From Azolla caroliniana (taxonomy: Eukaryota > Plantae > Polypodiophyta), in assembly GCA_043228905.1 (NCBI GenBank), contig JBHGNT010000005.1, forward strand, positions 16,802,001 through 16,866,000: a stretch of 64,000 bases of DNA. Direction: 5' to 3'. This document shows positions 36,801-50,674 of this stretch, one piece after another. Below the pieces are notes generated by a model, which had not been told where the DNA came from, did not search any database, and worked only from the letters and a program-made list of their open reading frames with translations. Numbering within the stretch: position 1 is the first letter of the stretch; every line of letters begins with the position of its first letter. Made by a program: the position numbers and the translations under genes.

Positions 36801-39698
36801 ATGAAGTCCGAAGACAAAACGGCGATGATTACACTTGTCACGGAATTTCGCGATGTGTTCGCTTGGTCATACGAAGACATGCGAGGACTCGACCCTCAGT
36901 TATACCAGCATCAGGTGCACTTGAGCAAGGACGCAAAACCAGTGGCACAAAGGCGGTACCGGATGAATCCCAATTATGCCGCCAAAGTCAAGGAGGAAAT
37001 CGACAAACTGCTAAGAGTTGGCTTTATCCGTCCGGTAAAGAAAGCGACATGGCTGAGCCCGATCGTAGTCGTACCGAAGAAGAACGGAAAAATTCGAGTT
37101 TGCGTGGACTACCGGAAACTCAATGCGGCTACGGTAACGGATGCGTTTCCACTTCTGTTCACAGATGGAGTGTTGGATGCCGTCGCCGGCCATGAGGTCT
37201 ATAGCTTCCTAGACAGATTCAGCGGGTATAATCAGATTCGGATGCACCCCGACGACCAAGAGAAAACGACATTCGTCACTGAATGGGAGGTGTTTGTGGC
37301 CATGGTGACGATGTTCGGACTCAAAATAGCACCGACAACATTTCAACGAATCATCATGGAAATCTTTGGTGAATACATACCGGCTTTTATGCAGGTTTTC
37401 CTTGACGATTTCGCCGTCTATAGCCGAGAGGAGGACCATTTTTAGCACCTCCGTCTTTGTCTAGAAAAGTGTAGAGCGTACCGGCTAAGCTTGAATTCGG
37501 CAAAGTGTGTATTTGGTGTGTCCAGTGGAACTTTATTAGGACATATTGTGAGCCAGGAAGGTATTGCAGTCGACCCGGACAAAGTGAAAGCCATATTAGA
37601 AGCACCGGCACCGGCAACGGCAAAGGCATTAAACCGGTTCTTAGGCCAAATCCGGTGGCACAACCGGATGCTTCGATACTTAGCCGACCTGGCTACACCG
37701 TTGCATGCCGCGGTACATCGGACACCATTCCAGTGGACCGACACCGAGGATAGAGCGTATAGGGCCCTCAAGGTACTATTGTCGTAGGCACCGGTAGTAC
37801 AACCTCCGGATTGGAGTAAAGAATTTCACGTGTTCGTAGACGCCTCCAACATTGCAATCGGAAGCGTACTTATGCAGCTTACGGAACCAAAATGGTACCG
37901 GCCAGTGTACTATGCCAGCCGAAAGCTATCCCAAGCAGAATGAAACTACTCTACCACGGAACGGGAAGCTCTAGGGATGATCTACAGTGTGACAAAGTTT
38001 CAGCATTATTTATTGGGAAGGAAGTTTTCCTTCCATGTAGATCATTCGGCACTCCTTTACCTGGTGTCCAAAGCGTCACTCACCGGCAAATTGGCCCGAT
38101 GGACCTTACTGTTGTAGGAGTTCGAGTTTGAAATATTCCACCGACCCGATATACAGCATGCCGTGGCGGATTACTTAAGCCGATTAGAGTCCTGAGAGAC
38201 GGGTGACGGAGTAGCGGATGAGTTTCCGGATGTAGAGCTGTTTCGAGTCACTACGGAGACGGCAGCAGATGAGACGGTGGCACAGGAAGACAAATGGCTC
38301 ACAAATATGCACCAGTTTTTGCGCACAGGACTGCGTCCAGAAGAGATGAACCGGGACGAACGGAAACGCCTGGCGGTGCAAAGCCGACATTTCTGCTTAC
38401 GGCAAGACACACTGTACCACAAGGGCGCGAACGGCATATGGAGACGGGTGGTGCGCAGCAATGAAAAGGAACTGATACTGAGGGAAGCCCACTGCGGAGT
38501 TGCCGGAGGTCACTATGCCGGAGATGCGACGACCAGAAAAATATGGCAAAGTGGCCTATGGTGGCCAACGACATTAAGAGATGCGGTACGATACGCAAAA
38601 GAATGTGACCTATGCCAGAGAATGGGCCAGCCAACGGAGCAAGCTCGTATGCCACACCAGCCGGTACTACCACTCGAGCCATTCCAGAAGTGGGGGCTAG
38701 ACTTTGTAGGACCCTTCAAGCCACCGGCAATAAGAACGGGTAATCGATACGTCATCGTTGCTACGGATTATTGCACGAAATGGGTGGAGACCAAAGCATT
38801 AAGGGATAACACCGCTGCGTCAACGACGAAGTTTCTATATGAGTACATCTGGTGCCATTACGGATGCTCAATTGAATTAATAAGCGACCAAGGGGGGCAC
38901 TTTCTCGGCCAAGTAGTGGAAAGCCTAACGACATTCTATGCCGTTGTACACAAATGGAGCACACCTTACTATCCACAGGCGAACGGTTTAGCGGAATCAA
39001 CGAACAAGACGCTCCAGAATATCCTCCGGAAGATCGTCAACGAAAACCGGACGGATTGGGACACAAAGCTACATAGCGCGCTTTGGGCATACCGGACGAC
39101 ATACAAAACGAGCATCCGAACAACACCGCTCCGGTTAGCGTTCGGACTAGAGGCAGTCATGCCGGTAGAATTCCAAGTACCCAGCTTACGGATCCAACTA
39201 CGGGAACGGCTGAACGAGAAGGAGTCGGAGGCAATACGGTTGACAGCGTTGTGTGAGCTCGAGGAACAACGACTGGCCAGCATCCTACATTTAGAATTGG
39301 AGCAACGGCGACGGAAAGCATTTGTCGACCGGCACAGGAAAGGTAACGGAAAAATGTTCGCAATCGGCAAACCGGTGTTAGTATTTCAGACCCGGATGGG
39401 CAAGATGCCGGGTAAACTACGGTTTAGATGGACCGGACCGTATTGGCTAACACGAGAGTATAATGGGTCCTACCAGTTAGGGACACTTGCCGGCGAAGTG
39501 CTAGGCAAATGGGTCAACGGATTCCGGTTGAAGCCATATAGAGGACCAATGCCTAAGAACCCATTTGAGCAAAGGACCGACACCAGTGAGGGAAACGGCA
39601 ACCACCAAGACGGCAAAGAAGGCGAGCCGGTAACTGGGGAGAATGAGGCCGGTAAGGGTCCGAGAGGACCAATGGAAATAAAAAAAATTAAATTATAA
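33897..39698 (+). pseudogene. Gypsy family B gag-pol
   Basis: Gag with Cys/His knuckles, protease IIDGGSG, RT (VCVDYRKLN, FLDDF), RNase H (FVDAS) and integrase (WGLDFVGP, ISDQG, QANGLAE, WTGPY). Several nonsense mutations. Confidence 0.92.
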
Positions 39699-40058
39699 TT
39701 AAAAAAAATAAAAAAAATAAAAACAATCATGCAAAAGCGAGGAATGAATGGATGAAAGAGCGAGGAGCGAAAAGGTACGTAGTGGGCATTTAAAGCGCCA
39801 CCATAGGACATACTGCTATTTTAGTACACGACATGCACACACTCGAAAAAGGCGCCAGAATGCACAGACAAAAACCACTGTGCGTAGAGACCCTTTACTT
39901 TCGCGAACCTAGGAGCACAGAAGCACCAAGACGCTGCAAGATCATCAGACGAGAACCTGCGCACAGAGAACCCCCGCCTTCTGAACTCTCTCTCTCTCTC
40001 TCAACCTCACTCTCATCACCATCCAACCTCGCCACCGCAATCCGACCTCGACACAGAA

Positions 40059-42755
40059 ATGGACCCGCAAACGTTGTTGGAAGCCGCCAAGACATGGCTA
40101 AAGCAACACGGGCTCGAGGGCTTCTTGATGATGATGGAAGTACCACCACACAAAGAAGCCGACAAAGTGATCAAGGAAATCGACACAGACGTCATAACGG
40201 CAGAAGCGATTCGAGCGTTAACAAGCCTTCCGGAGGGAGCCATACTCACGATCGACAATCCAACCCCGGAGCAACTCATCAGGTATTTTGGTGAGTATTC
40301 TCTAGCCAGCAAGGGCTACCGGACACAGGGCGGCGGAGACATGTTGTTCCGCGAGATTGCTCGTGTGCTCCACGAGTACCCTAGACCCCCTGTCATGCCG
40401 CAGAACCGGGCAGGGATGATCATTGCCACCTATGAAGGGATCAAGGTGGATTGGTCGATATTGATCGCAGACGGGTTGTGTGCGGCCATCGAGATCGTGA
40501 GAGGCAAAGACGGCAAAGAAGGCCGAGACGGACGGAGGATATGGCACGCCGTAACGCAATGGCTCACCTTGCTTGTGCCACCCGTCCAGCCCGTCCAGCC
40601 CAAGAAGCGAGGAAGAGTGGCGGACGGCACCCCAAAGACAGCTTCCAAACGACAACAGTTGTTGGCCTCTAAGGCCACTAAGGGAAAGGCGGCGGATGCA
40701 GAACAGGCGGCAGTAGGAAGCGGCAGCCGGAAGCGCCCAACGGAGGCGCAGGAGGAACCACCGGGGTGGCCCGTGAAGGTCACACTCCGCCGACCGGTGT
40801 ATAGAGAAGCGGACCCCTTGGCGGCAAAACTCAATGTCGGGGCTCAGGAGGAGGAAATAGAGGAGGAGCCCACAGAGCACCTCCAGCGAGGGTCGTCGAC
40901 AAGGACCGTTCAGACAGTCGGGAAACGTTCGGACCCTCAGACGGAGGGAACACCGACTCCCCTTAGTGAAACTCCCACGCCAAGGAAGGAACCGGAACCG
41001 GTGCGCATGGCACCGGAAACAGAAGCCCCGGCACCACCGGCAACACCGGCAAGTTCCATCTCGCCAGAGCCGGAAAGGTCAATGCACCCTCCCTCGGTCA
41101 GCCAAGAAGAAGCGCAAGGGGAACCAGGACAGCAGGGTGGTCCACGGGCAGAAACGGAACTGCAACTCGGCGCAACCAAGCGGGACCACCCCTCTACAAG
41201 TGAGCCCATCTGTCAAACTTCCGTGCAAGCACAACAAGGCACCGGTAGCCTGTGGCTCCGGTGGATAGGCGAACAGATAGCCGGAGCAGTGGGGTATATT
41301 GAGGCGGAAGAAAGAGCGCAAAGCAAACGGTTGCTCGTCACAACTGAACAACTAGAGACGGCCCGGTCTAGAATCCGGTGCCTTGAAAAAGACTTGGATC
41401 AAGTCACGATAGAGATGGCCAAAATGGCCTTAACGGCAACACAGATCCAATCACCGGTGACTCCGGTAAGTGTACAGAATAAAGAAACGGAACGACCGGT
41501 ACATAGCAATAAGACCCCGGCAACGGAAACCGTTCCGGCGAGAGATGCGGCGCAAGCCCAGGAGCTTGCGAAATTGAGAGATGAACTTGCCGCACAAGAA
41601 GCGCTAAGGAGCCGTGAACGAGAATTGAAGACAGCAGCCGAAGCCGAATTAAAGAAGACTGTTGAGAACCTCCGCCGGGCAGAGGAGAGCCTCCGGAAAG
41701 GCCATCAAGCGTACGACCGGCTAAAGGAGGAGAAAGACAAAGTGCTGCAGGAAAAGGACAAGCTGCGGAAAATGGCGGAAACAGAGATTGAACAGCTAAA
41801 GGAAGAGCTCCGCCAGCAGAAGGACCGCGAGGACCTGGCCCATCGTTAGATCAACGCACGGCTCAAGCAAAAGACAGATGATTTTGAGCACCTGCACCGG
41901 CACTACAAACGGCTGGAAACGGAGCATAAAGAACGGATGGCCGAGCTCCAGCAGGCAGTTGATCGGGACGCGACGACGATTGCCGACGAACGTGCGGAAA
42001 ATACAAGACGCTTGGACGAGGCGGAGAAGGTCCAGATGGAGCTCTAGAGGCAGCAACAGGAAGACAAAGAGAGAGCGTCAACAGTATTGCAGAAATTACA
42101 AAGCACATATCAAAGGCAATTGACACATTACAAGGCGCAGACGGAGGACAACGTCAAAATCATCAAACAACTGAAGGAGGAACGACAAGCGGCGGAAACC
42201 AAATCGCAATTGGGAACGAGCCGGATTCAGTCCATCCTCCGGGCATGGCTGAATGAGACAAAACACTTGATTGATGAAAGCTCCATAAAATGGTGGACAA
42301 AGTGGGCACAAATCGCGGTGGAACTCCAGTTGCTACGGGCAGATGTGGCAAACCGGCGGAAGGAAGGAGATGATTGTTATACGTTGACTTCCGAGGACTT
42401 CACCGTCGTCCGGAACGAGCTGGCCGACGACTTCCAAGTCCTGGCAGATGAACAGCTGGCGCAGGTCAGCCAGCCCGTAGCTCAGCTAGACGATGATAGG
42501 CTGGACGCTCAAATCCAGTTTGAAAGCTATGAGCGGTCCCGGGTTTGGGAAGAAAAAGCACGGGAAGCGGCAACGGTTAACCTTAGTGATGAGGAACCGT
42601 CGCCGGCTGAGGGCCAGCCGGGAACCAGTCAACCGGAGACCACTACGACGCAGGGAGCAACGACGGAGACGCCGGTGTCAAAGCCACAAACGGAGGAGCA
42701 GTTGCAGCAACCACCAACGGACCCGCCGCAGCAGACATCAACAGAGCAGCAATAG
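40059..42755 (+). pseudogene. Extra sense-strand ORF downstream of pol (globular N-terminus, Pro-rich linker, long coiled coil), function unknown
   Basis: ORFs 40059-41849 and 42087-42755 are linked in frame through TAG stops. A homologous start occurs at 62726 in the second family-B-like element. Confidence 0.7.
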
Positions 42756-45700
42756 CAACAACAACAACAACCACTTCCAGATGAACCATTGGAGCCTCTC
42801 GAACATAGCATTCTGGACATTTTGGACGAAGAATAGCAAGGGTCGGTTGTGGATTCGATGTACAAGGTACTGTCCCACGGGCGTGCCATCTGTTACCGGC
42901 TGGCAAAGGAGTCCAGAGTGGGAAACGGAGAGTTATTTAAGTAGTAGGAATGTGGTTGTAATTAAGCTATGAGTGTGGACGGACGGACCGGAAACGGTAT
43001 GCCGTTCCGGATCGGGATCGATCCCGAACAGGTGCGGATGGCACCGTTTTGTAATACAAACCGGAAACCTATTTAAAGGCCCGGATACAATGTAATCATT
43101 AGCGGTGAATTAATAAAAGTTGAGCGTTATTATCTATTTATGTTAATTGCCGTTCTGTCTTAATTGTTATATCTTACGCGTGTGTTTATGAAAGACGATC
43201 ATAATAAGTAACTTAATTAAGTCGGATTAAGCGTTGAAGTCTAATCCGGTTGCCGTAACACCCTTTGGTGAAGAGTCTCCCGTAGACACCCTGTGTTAGG
43301 CCATTGTCCAGCCCGAAGAGTTAACACATACTAATGATAATGACTATAGGCAGAAAATGTCGTCCATTGAGCGTATACGGTTCTTCCACCACGAGTATTT
43401 AGACGTGAAACAAAAGTTTGGTGTGAAGTTACATCCAGGCCTACGACGTCAATGTCTGCATGAAGTCGGCATTGTGGTAGATGATAATGTTATGTCCGAT
43501 GGTCTTCGAAAGTATGAGTCTTGGTTTCAATTGGCGTTTAGAGATTGAGAAGTATGGGATCTACAAGATCAAATCTTCTCAATGTGGGAGAATAAGGAGG
43601 TAAAGGGTCAACGACAAAAGAAATGTAAGGTTGACCCTCAACTAGAGTTAAAGTCACAAGCCACCAAGAAAATTGACTTGACAATTGAAGAAGTGGCAGA
43701 CGACATGAAGCTGTCTCTGTGGAGAGCGATGCAAGGTATTAAGGACGAGCAGCTTCTTGTGTCTGTTTTGTCAAGGGTTGTGGCGAAAGATTTAAGCCTT
43801 GAAGAAATGGTCACTGAGTTCAATAAGTAAGTCTTTCAAATACTGAAATTGTAGTCTATCTGGTATAATTCAAAGTTCTAATCTTGATTTCTAATTTTAC
43901 AGTCATAAGGTGTACATGAAGATCCAAGAAGTTATGATGAAACAACTTGGATGTATAACTTGGGAACAAGTGACCGAGGATTATCCTCTAACGTCTTCAT
44001 ATAAGGCGTTATCAGAGTATTTTATTGCATTCAAGGATTGGGTTAGTATTGATGGTTTTTCATTACCCTTTCATCATATGTAGAGCTTGTATAATAATAC
44101 CTGATGTCCTATTGCTTCTATTAGAAACCGTGTCGAGGCAAGAAACAAGGAGAAGTTAAGGATATACACGATTTCCCTACATCCTTCCTTGCACATCTCG
44201 AGCGAGCCAGAAAAGAAAAGGATCATCGCTTAGTCAAGGCGTACGAAATGGAGGAAGATGGCTCCTTTAAAAAATTTAGCCACAAAAAAAGATATTACGA
44301 GAGATCTTTACTACAATGTGGTTTGCGGTGATGTTGTCGACTTGATCCAAAAGGTGCCAAAGAAGGAATATACGCTAATGATTGCGGATATTCCTTACGG
44401 ATTTCGAATGGCTGGGTCATCATACGACGATGAACCGTTTAGGTTTAAACAATTGGAGAAGATGGTCAAGGATTTCACTGAGCTAACGACTGCATCCTTG
44501 TGGCGAATAGTTGTCTTTCATAGTATGGACCAAGGGTACTCGGTAGCTCAAGCTTTGAGATCTCGTTGCCATGGCATCGAGAACCTTGCATGGTAAGGAT
44601 AATTTATAGGTGTCTTTCACTATATTGCATTTCTTAAAGTTGTTCAATCTATTCTTAACTCGATGTATTATTTTTTATAGGATCAAGACCAATGTAAATA
44701 GAGGGCCAACTTTTCGGTTCGTTAATGCCATTGAATACATAATGGTTGGCTACTTCGATGAAATTAAGAAACAGAGAATCAAGGAGCATTCTAATGAAGT
44801 GGGAGGTTCAAATCTGTTGGTATATCCAGCAATGACACGGAAATTGCGACATGTCACGACGACAGAACGGGGACTTGTCAACCCATACCAAAAACCTCAA
44901 CGACTTATGATGCGTTTGATCGAGATGTTTTCGGTCAAAGGAGACTAGATATTAGATCTCTTTTCTGGCACAGGTATTCCTCGAACTAGGGTAACGATCT
45001 TGAGATAACCAATCCCTTTTTTTTTCGTTTGACAACTAAATCTTCTTGTTACTTACATCACAGGAACGACGTCTACATGTGCATTGAAGCTTTTTAGAAA
45101 TACAGTTGCATTGGAGAAGGACGAGGACCAAGTTATATTTATTAATATGCGGATTAAGGCTTTGTGGGAGTGCCCAGACCAGGATGAGGAGGTCGGTGCA
45201 AAGAACCTCGCTAATACAGAAAGGTTTCAACCTGCTTGGCGAGAGCCTATTCCTCCGTTAGCCGGCGAACCGGGGGAGCTAATAGAGCTTGATGATGAGC
45301 TTATAGAAGATATTTCGTTGGCTCGGCTAACAGGGGAAACCAATGCACGTATAGCCGAAGACAGTTCTACACAAGATGATGAAGAAAATGACGTTGATGA
45401 ATTGATTGCTATGTAATAGACTCTATGAAGAAAATGACACTGACGATTTGTTAGGATTTCACATTATTAATACAAATTTTGGGTTTTACCTAGTGGATTC
45501 TATTCTTTATAATCTTCTATATGTTTCAATTTTATTTTTATATACTTGGTTAGTAGATTTATGACATTGGTTTCACCGCGTGCATAGCTGACTACCAAAT
45601 TTATGGAGAAACATGAATTAGTTTAAATTGAGGCTCATTTTGGTCCAAGCTAACCTTAACAGAACATGGCCCTATAATTGTTGCCATGACTGTCCATGTT

Positions 45701-46659
45701 GTTATTATGGATCTTTGTCTTCTATTGTTAAAACTATTATGTTTCTATTCCATTGCTGCTTAGATTGTGTAGTGTGTTGATAATGGTTCCAATTGCTTTA
45801 TCGTTCGGAGTTTGATCCTGTGTGAATCACCTTAGCAATAGAGTAGATCAATTTTAAATACAGGTATGAAAGCCTAATAGGTTTGTCATTTCCACGACAT
45901 TATCCTAAAGTTCACTGCCCTTACATTGTCCACAATTATATACATATGGTTTGATCCCATATGAACAAACTGAGGAATAGATTAGATCAATTTTAAATAC
46001 AAGTATTGAATACTTTAATAAGTTAGTTATTCCAATCACTTATCCTAATGTGCACTATCCTACATTTTCCACAATTACATACATGCACGTATGGGTCAAA
46101 GTATAAATTATAACTCATTTTATTAGTATGGATACAAGTACACCTGATATTTTTGTAAAACTTACCTAATTAATATAAGTCTTTAAGTTAGTGTTTCCCT
46201 TGTCGCACAGTAGTGACATATTGAGCCATAGTTGAACTTTATTATGCCTACATTAACTTATCAACGTGTCTAAACTTGCATGATTTCTAATGATCTCCAC
46301 TCGTAGATCTATCATGTATTTTTATATTTACAAATTCTCATCAAGTTGAGGAACATGTGATACTAGTGCATCCAATTTTTGTAGAGAGGGTGTATTTGCT
46401 TCGTTTTAAGAAGATTCTACAAGTGGAATGCGCAATCCTTCCACTTGTGAACGCGAACGTGTTCCAGGGGGGTATTGGAGTCGGATTGGAAACTTCTAAA
46501 CAGAAAGGCAGTGGCCACCATTTGATAGTGCGTCAACATAAGTGTCCTTCAGCATGTGGCGAACAACACAAATGCCCACGAGATCTGGTAGCAGTTGTCG
46601 GATCTATATGAGAGGATGAGCATGCTCAATAAAACCTTGCTGATGAGAAAAATCGTAAG

Positions 46660-47589
46660 GCTGAAATACCAAGATGCGTAGTTGCTTTTGTCAGTCGCAG
46701 ATTTCTTTGATCTTGGTGGTGTAATCAGCCACCGAAATATCTCTTTTGTGGTACATTGTTGAGCTCCTATCTGAGCTACAACTTCCTAGTCATTGTGTTG
46801 GCGGCGAAAATCCTTTTGAGATTCGGCCACGCGTCCTTCGGCGTCTTGCCATCCCGAATATAGCTCAAAAGCTGATCGCTCACACAGGATGCGAAGCAGT
46901 ACAACACTCTGCTTGCCGCTTGTTCCCAAGCCAGATAGTCCCTGTGTCGAGTCGGGTGCCACATCGTTTGCTCCTTCGACATAACTCCAGTAGCCATGGC
47001 CGAGCAGGTACTGGTGCATCTTGTAAGACCAAGATGCGTAGGTGGTTCTGTCAAGCTTTTCAGTCGGAAGTGAGCTTCCCATTCCTATGTCCATAGTACT
47101 ATCTTTTTCTTCTTTGAAAGTGAACAACTTCAACTATGTTTCATCACAAACTTTTCTTGTCGGCTACAGAGGACTTCAACCCTTGCACTCTGATACCATA
47201 TAAAAGAATACGTTGTGTGGAAGCGTGTGCGAAAACACAGAGTACACAGTTCAGAGGAGTAAGACAGTTCAGTAAAACACAGAAAATGCAGAGACAGAGA
47301 TGGAGATGGAGAGAGCAGACAACAGAAGACTCAGATTCAAAATAATGACACTCTGTTCTGTGTACATACTTCGTGCTTAGTGAGCACCTTATATACAAGC
47401 CCTGACAATCGGGCTAACACAAGTACTGACAGTACTTGACGCTCATTAATGAGCTGCTACACAAACTCCCAAACCTACAGCCTCTTCGGTTTTCACACCG
47501 ACGCGGCCCTATTGTGCGTACTTTTTCACGTTCTACGCACTAGGTTACACTGCATACTTCGCACCAAATGTTGAGCTTGTCTCTCAACA
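46660..47589 (-). mobile_element. Truncated Copia fragment (5' LTR, PBS and gag start)
   Basis: Reverse-strand PBS CTCTGATACCA at 47188-47198, gag N-terminus (LPTEKLDRTTYASWSYKMHQYLLGHGYW), and LTR ~47199-47589. The left boundary is approximate. Confidence 0.75.
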
Positions 47590-50500
47590 CATTTGTTGTG
47601 GGCGCAGTAAGCCGATATATGAGTAATCCAGGAAGAGAAAAATCGGCAACGGTGAAGTGGATACTTAGGTAACTAAAAGGCAGCTCAGGGGTGTGTCTAG
47701 GGTATGGTGTCGGAAATCCTGTGTTGGAAGGTTTTACGAACTTGGACATGTCGGGAGATGTAGACTCAAGTTGATCCACGTCAGGGTATGTGATGACCTA
47801 TCGAGGGGGAGTAGTGTCGTGGCAATCACGACTGCAAAAGTCTGTGGCCTTGTCGACTACAGAGGCAGAGTATATGGCAGCGGTAGAGGCCGGCAAAGAG
47901 CTGATCTAGATGAGAAATTTTGTCTACGAGCTAGGAATGAAGCAGAGGGAGTTCTTGCTTGACTGTGATAGCCAAAGTGCCATATATCTTGCCAAGAATG
48001 CTGCATATCACTCCCAGACCAAGCACATACAGAGAACGTATCACTAATTGCGCGAGAAGGTCGAAGAAGGAGAGTTCACACTTGTGAAGATCCACACTAG
48101 TGATAGGGGCTACATGTGTAAATAGCCAATACAATGTATTAGTATAAATACATTTAGGGCAAACATGTGCGAAGTATATACAAGTAGTGTGTGTGTTGTG
48201 CGCAAGAGGGTGTGAGAGCGGTGTTATAGCTGTGTGCGTAATAGCATACGCCAAGAGCCCTGCGCGGCTGATACACTCGAAGGAGTGTTGTAACATCCTG
48301 TGTTGTATATACACTATACATAGTGAAGCTCTGTTCCCATGGTTTTCTCCCATTTTAGGGTTTCCACATTAAATCTTTGTGCACCATTGTTGTCCTGGTT
48401 TCTGACATATCTGTGGTTCGTATTTCAGCACAGTTCGCTTATTGTGATTTGACCGAACGATTTCTCAATAGAAAGTTCAAGCAAGTTTAGAGTGGCAGAC
48501 CCCTCTCAGTGCACGATGTGCAATGTTTTCTTGGGTTTGCAAATTTTTATCGGAAATTTATTAACAATTATTCCAAGGCCGTGCTTCCACTCACTCAACT
48601 CATACACAAAAAACAACCATTCATGTGGAGTTCAAATGCAGCCGAGGCATTTGAAAGCTTAAAAAGAGTTTTTACAACCGCACCTATTTTAGCACATGTC
48701 GACCCAACAAAACACTTCATCCTTGAAGCTGATGCACCTGATTTTTCACTAGGGAGTGTCCTATCGCAGACTGGAGATGATGGGCAGCTACACCCTATCG
48801 CCTTTCATTCCCGAGGTGAACTACGAGATCCATGACAAAGAACTTCTTGCAATTGTGAATTCTTTTCAACAATGATGACATTTTCTAGAAGGTTCTTCTC
48901 AGCAGATCATTGTCTACAATGATCATAAGAACCTAACATATTTCCAAAATGCTCGAGTCTTGAGTCGACAACAAGCCCGGTGGGCGCAATTTTTGACTCA
49001 CTTCGACTTTGTCATCATATATCGCCCCGGGATGCAGCAAGACAAAGTAGATGCTCTTTCTCAATGCTCTTATATGGAACTTCGTCCAAGGGAACCTGCA
49101 TTTGAGCATCAAAAACAAATACTTTTGGGTCCTAATCGCCTACGATTAATGGTAGTTAATGCCATAACAACACTTGAAGATTCCACTCTTCTTGATTCCA
49201 TTCGAGATCATATGACAACTGATGAATTCACCAAGGATGTTTTGGATCATAATGTCTCAGATCGTGCTTCTTGCTCGTAGTCGAAAAACCTTCATAATAA
49301 CTATCGTCAGTTCTATTGGCATGGTGGTTTTCTGTTTCGACAAAACCTATTGTATGCTCCTGATGGTCCCCCATGACTACCAGTTTTACAGCATTGCCAT
49401 GACTCACCAATGGTTGGACATTTTGGAGTTCGCAAAACTCTAGAATTAGTCTCTCGACAATATTGGTGGCCTCGCCTTCGTCATTTTGTTGAGTATGTTT
49501 GCAATTGTGATACCTGTTGTCGATCAAAGAGTCCACGGCACCGATCCTATGGCTTACTACAACCACTTCCCATTCCGGAAAATCCTTGGAAGTCTATATC
49601 CTTGGATTTCATTACCAATCTTCCGTTTCCCATGGTGGTTGATCGACTTACCAGAATGACACATTTCTTGCCATGTACGAAGTCTATTACTAGTCAAGAG
49701 ACAGTCGATCCAGTTATGCAGGAGGTATTTAAGCATCATGGTTTTCAGGATGAGATTATTAGTGATCGTGGTCCACAATTCATCTCAAAGTTTGGGAAGC
49801 ACATGTTCAAACATCTTCGAATTTTTGCTAAGCTTTCTTCGGGCTATCATCTTGAGACTAATGCCCAAACTAAGAGTACCAACCAAACTTTGGAGCAATA
49901 TCTTCATTGTTTCATCAACTACCAACAAGATGACTAGGTTGATTTTTTGCACTTGGCTGAATTCTCTTACAACAACTCAGTCCACTCTTCTACAGGATAT
50001 TCCCCATTTTTTGCAAATACGGGTTGTCATCCTCGGTGGACGATGATTGCGCATCCAAACGTTCCTACCAACCCTGCTTCTAAGGATCATCTTAGTCGCC
50101 TCCGACAAATTCATGCTACCATTCTCTACAATTTGCATAATGCTCAAGTTACACACAAGAGGCTTGTGGATCGTCATCGTCTAGAATCATCCAAAAAGTT
50201 CCGTGTTGGGGATCGTGTACGGCTTCTCCACCACAACATCAAGACCACTCAGACTTGCGGTAAATTGGATTACCAATGTTTTGGCCCGTACATGATCACT
50301 GGTAAGATAAGTGATGTTGCATTTCGTGTTGGCTTCCCTTCGCACATGCGTCTTCATCTAGTGTTTCATGTATCCCTTTTGGAACCTTACACCACAAGTT
50401 CAATTCCGGGCAATCTTACAACTCCCCCCCCACCTGTTGAGTTCTTAGAAGGACCTGAATTTGAGGTTGTTGTCATTCTCGATTCTAAAATCGTGCGCAA

Positions 50501-50674
50501 CAAGTTGTATTACTTGGTTGATTGGTTAGGCTATACCCCTAAAGATCGAACTTAGGAACCTATACGAAATCTTTCCAATGTCGCAGACATGGTCACCACA
50601 TTTCATTGCCAATATCCTGATAAACCAGGTCCTAGTCCAAACCCTACGACTCGGGAGATGTGTTCAAGGGATTG

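Larger units (their letters stand above)
33409..43326 (+). mobile_element. Full-length non-chromoviral Gypsy element (family B) with an extra 3' ORF
   Basis: 436-bp LTRs at 33409-33844 and 42891-43326, with roughly 14-15 differences by eye. TSD CATAA/CATAC. Inserted inside the W-D-H-N codons of the MTase gene. Confidence 0.95.
31048..45416 (+). pseudogene. Spliced ParB/Srx-like plus beta-class amino-MTase gene, copy 2, interrupted by a Gypsy insertion
   Basis: Putative exon 1 at 31048-31082 (downstream of TATAAATA ~30897), with a phase-compatible intron 31083-32265. Further exons: 32266-33408 plus 43332-43826, 43903-44041, 44125-44592, 44681-44973, 45064-45416. Motifs YFVIGGSHSAEARRQL, IADIPYG, YQKPQRL, ILDLFSGTGTT. 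Confidence 0.85.
27059..46463. mobile_element. TIR DNA transposon copy 2 (Sola/DUF7869-like), ~9.5 kb plus a 9.9-kb nested Gypsy
   Basis: 36-bp TIR AACACGTTCGCGTTCACAAGTGGAAGGAT(C/T)GCGCAT at 27059-27094 and 46428-46463. TSD CCAG (27055-27058 / 46464-46467). Same two-gene divergent layout as copy 1. Confidence 0.93.
26317..48470 (+). mobile_element. Decayed Copia element hosting DNA transposon copy 2
   Basis: 5' LTR 26317-26893, PBS TGGTATCAGAGC at 26897-26908, partial 3' LTR ~48104-48470, TSD GAAAG (26312-26316 / 48471-48475). The gag sequence rejoins as D-I-P-R-G-V-L-E across 27059-46463. RNase H remnant at ~47600-48100. Confidence 0.88.
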
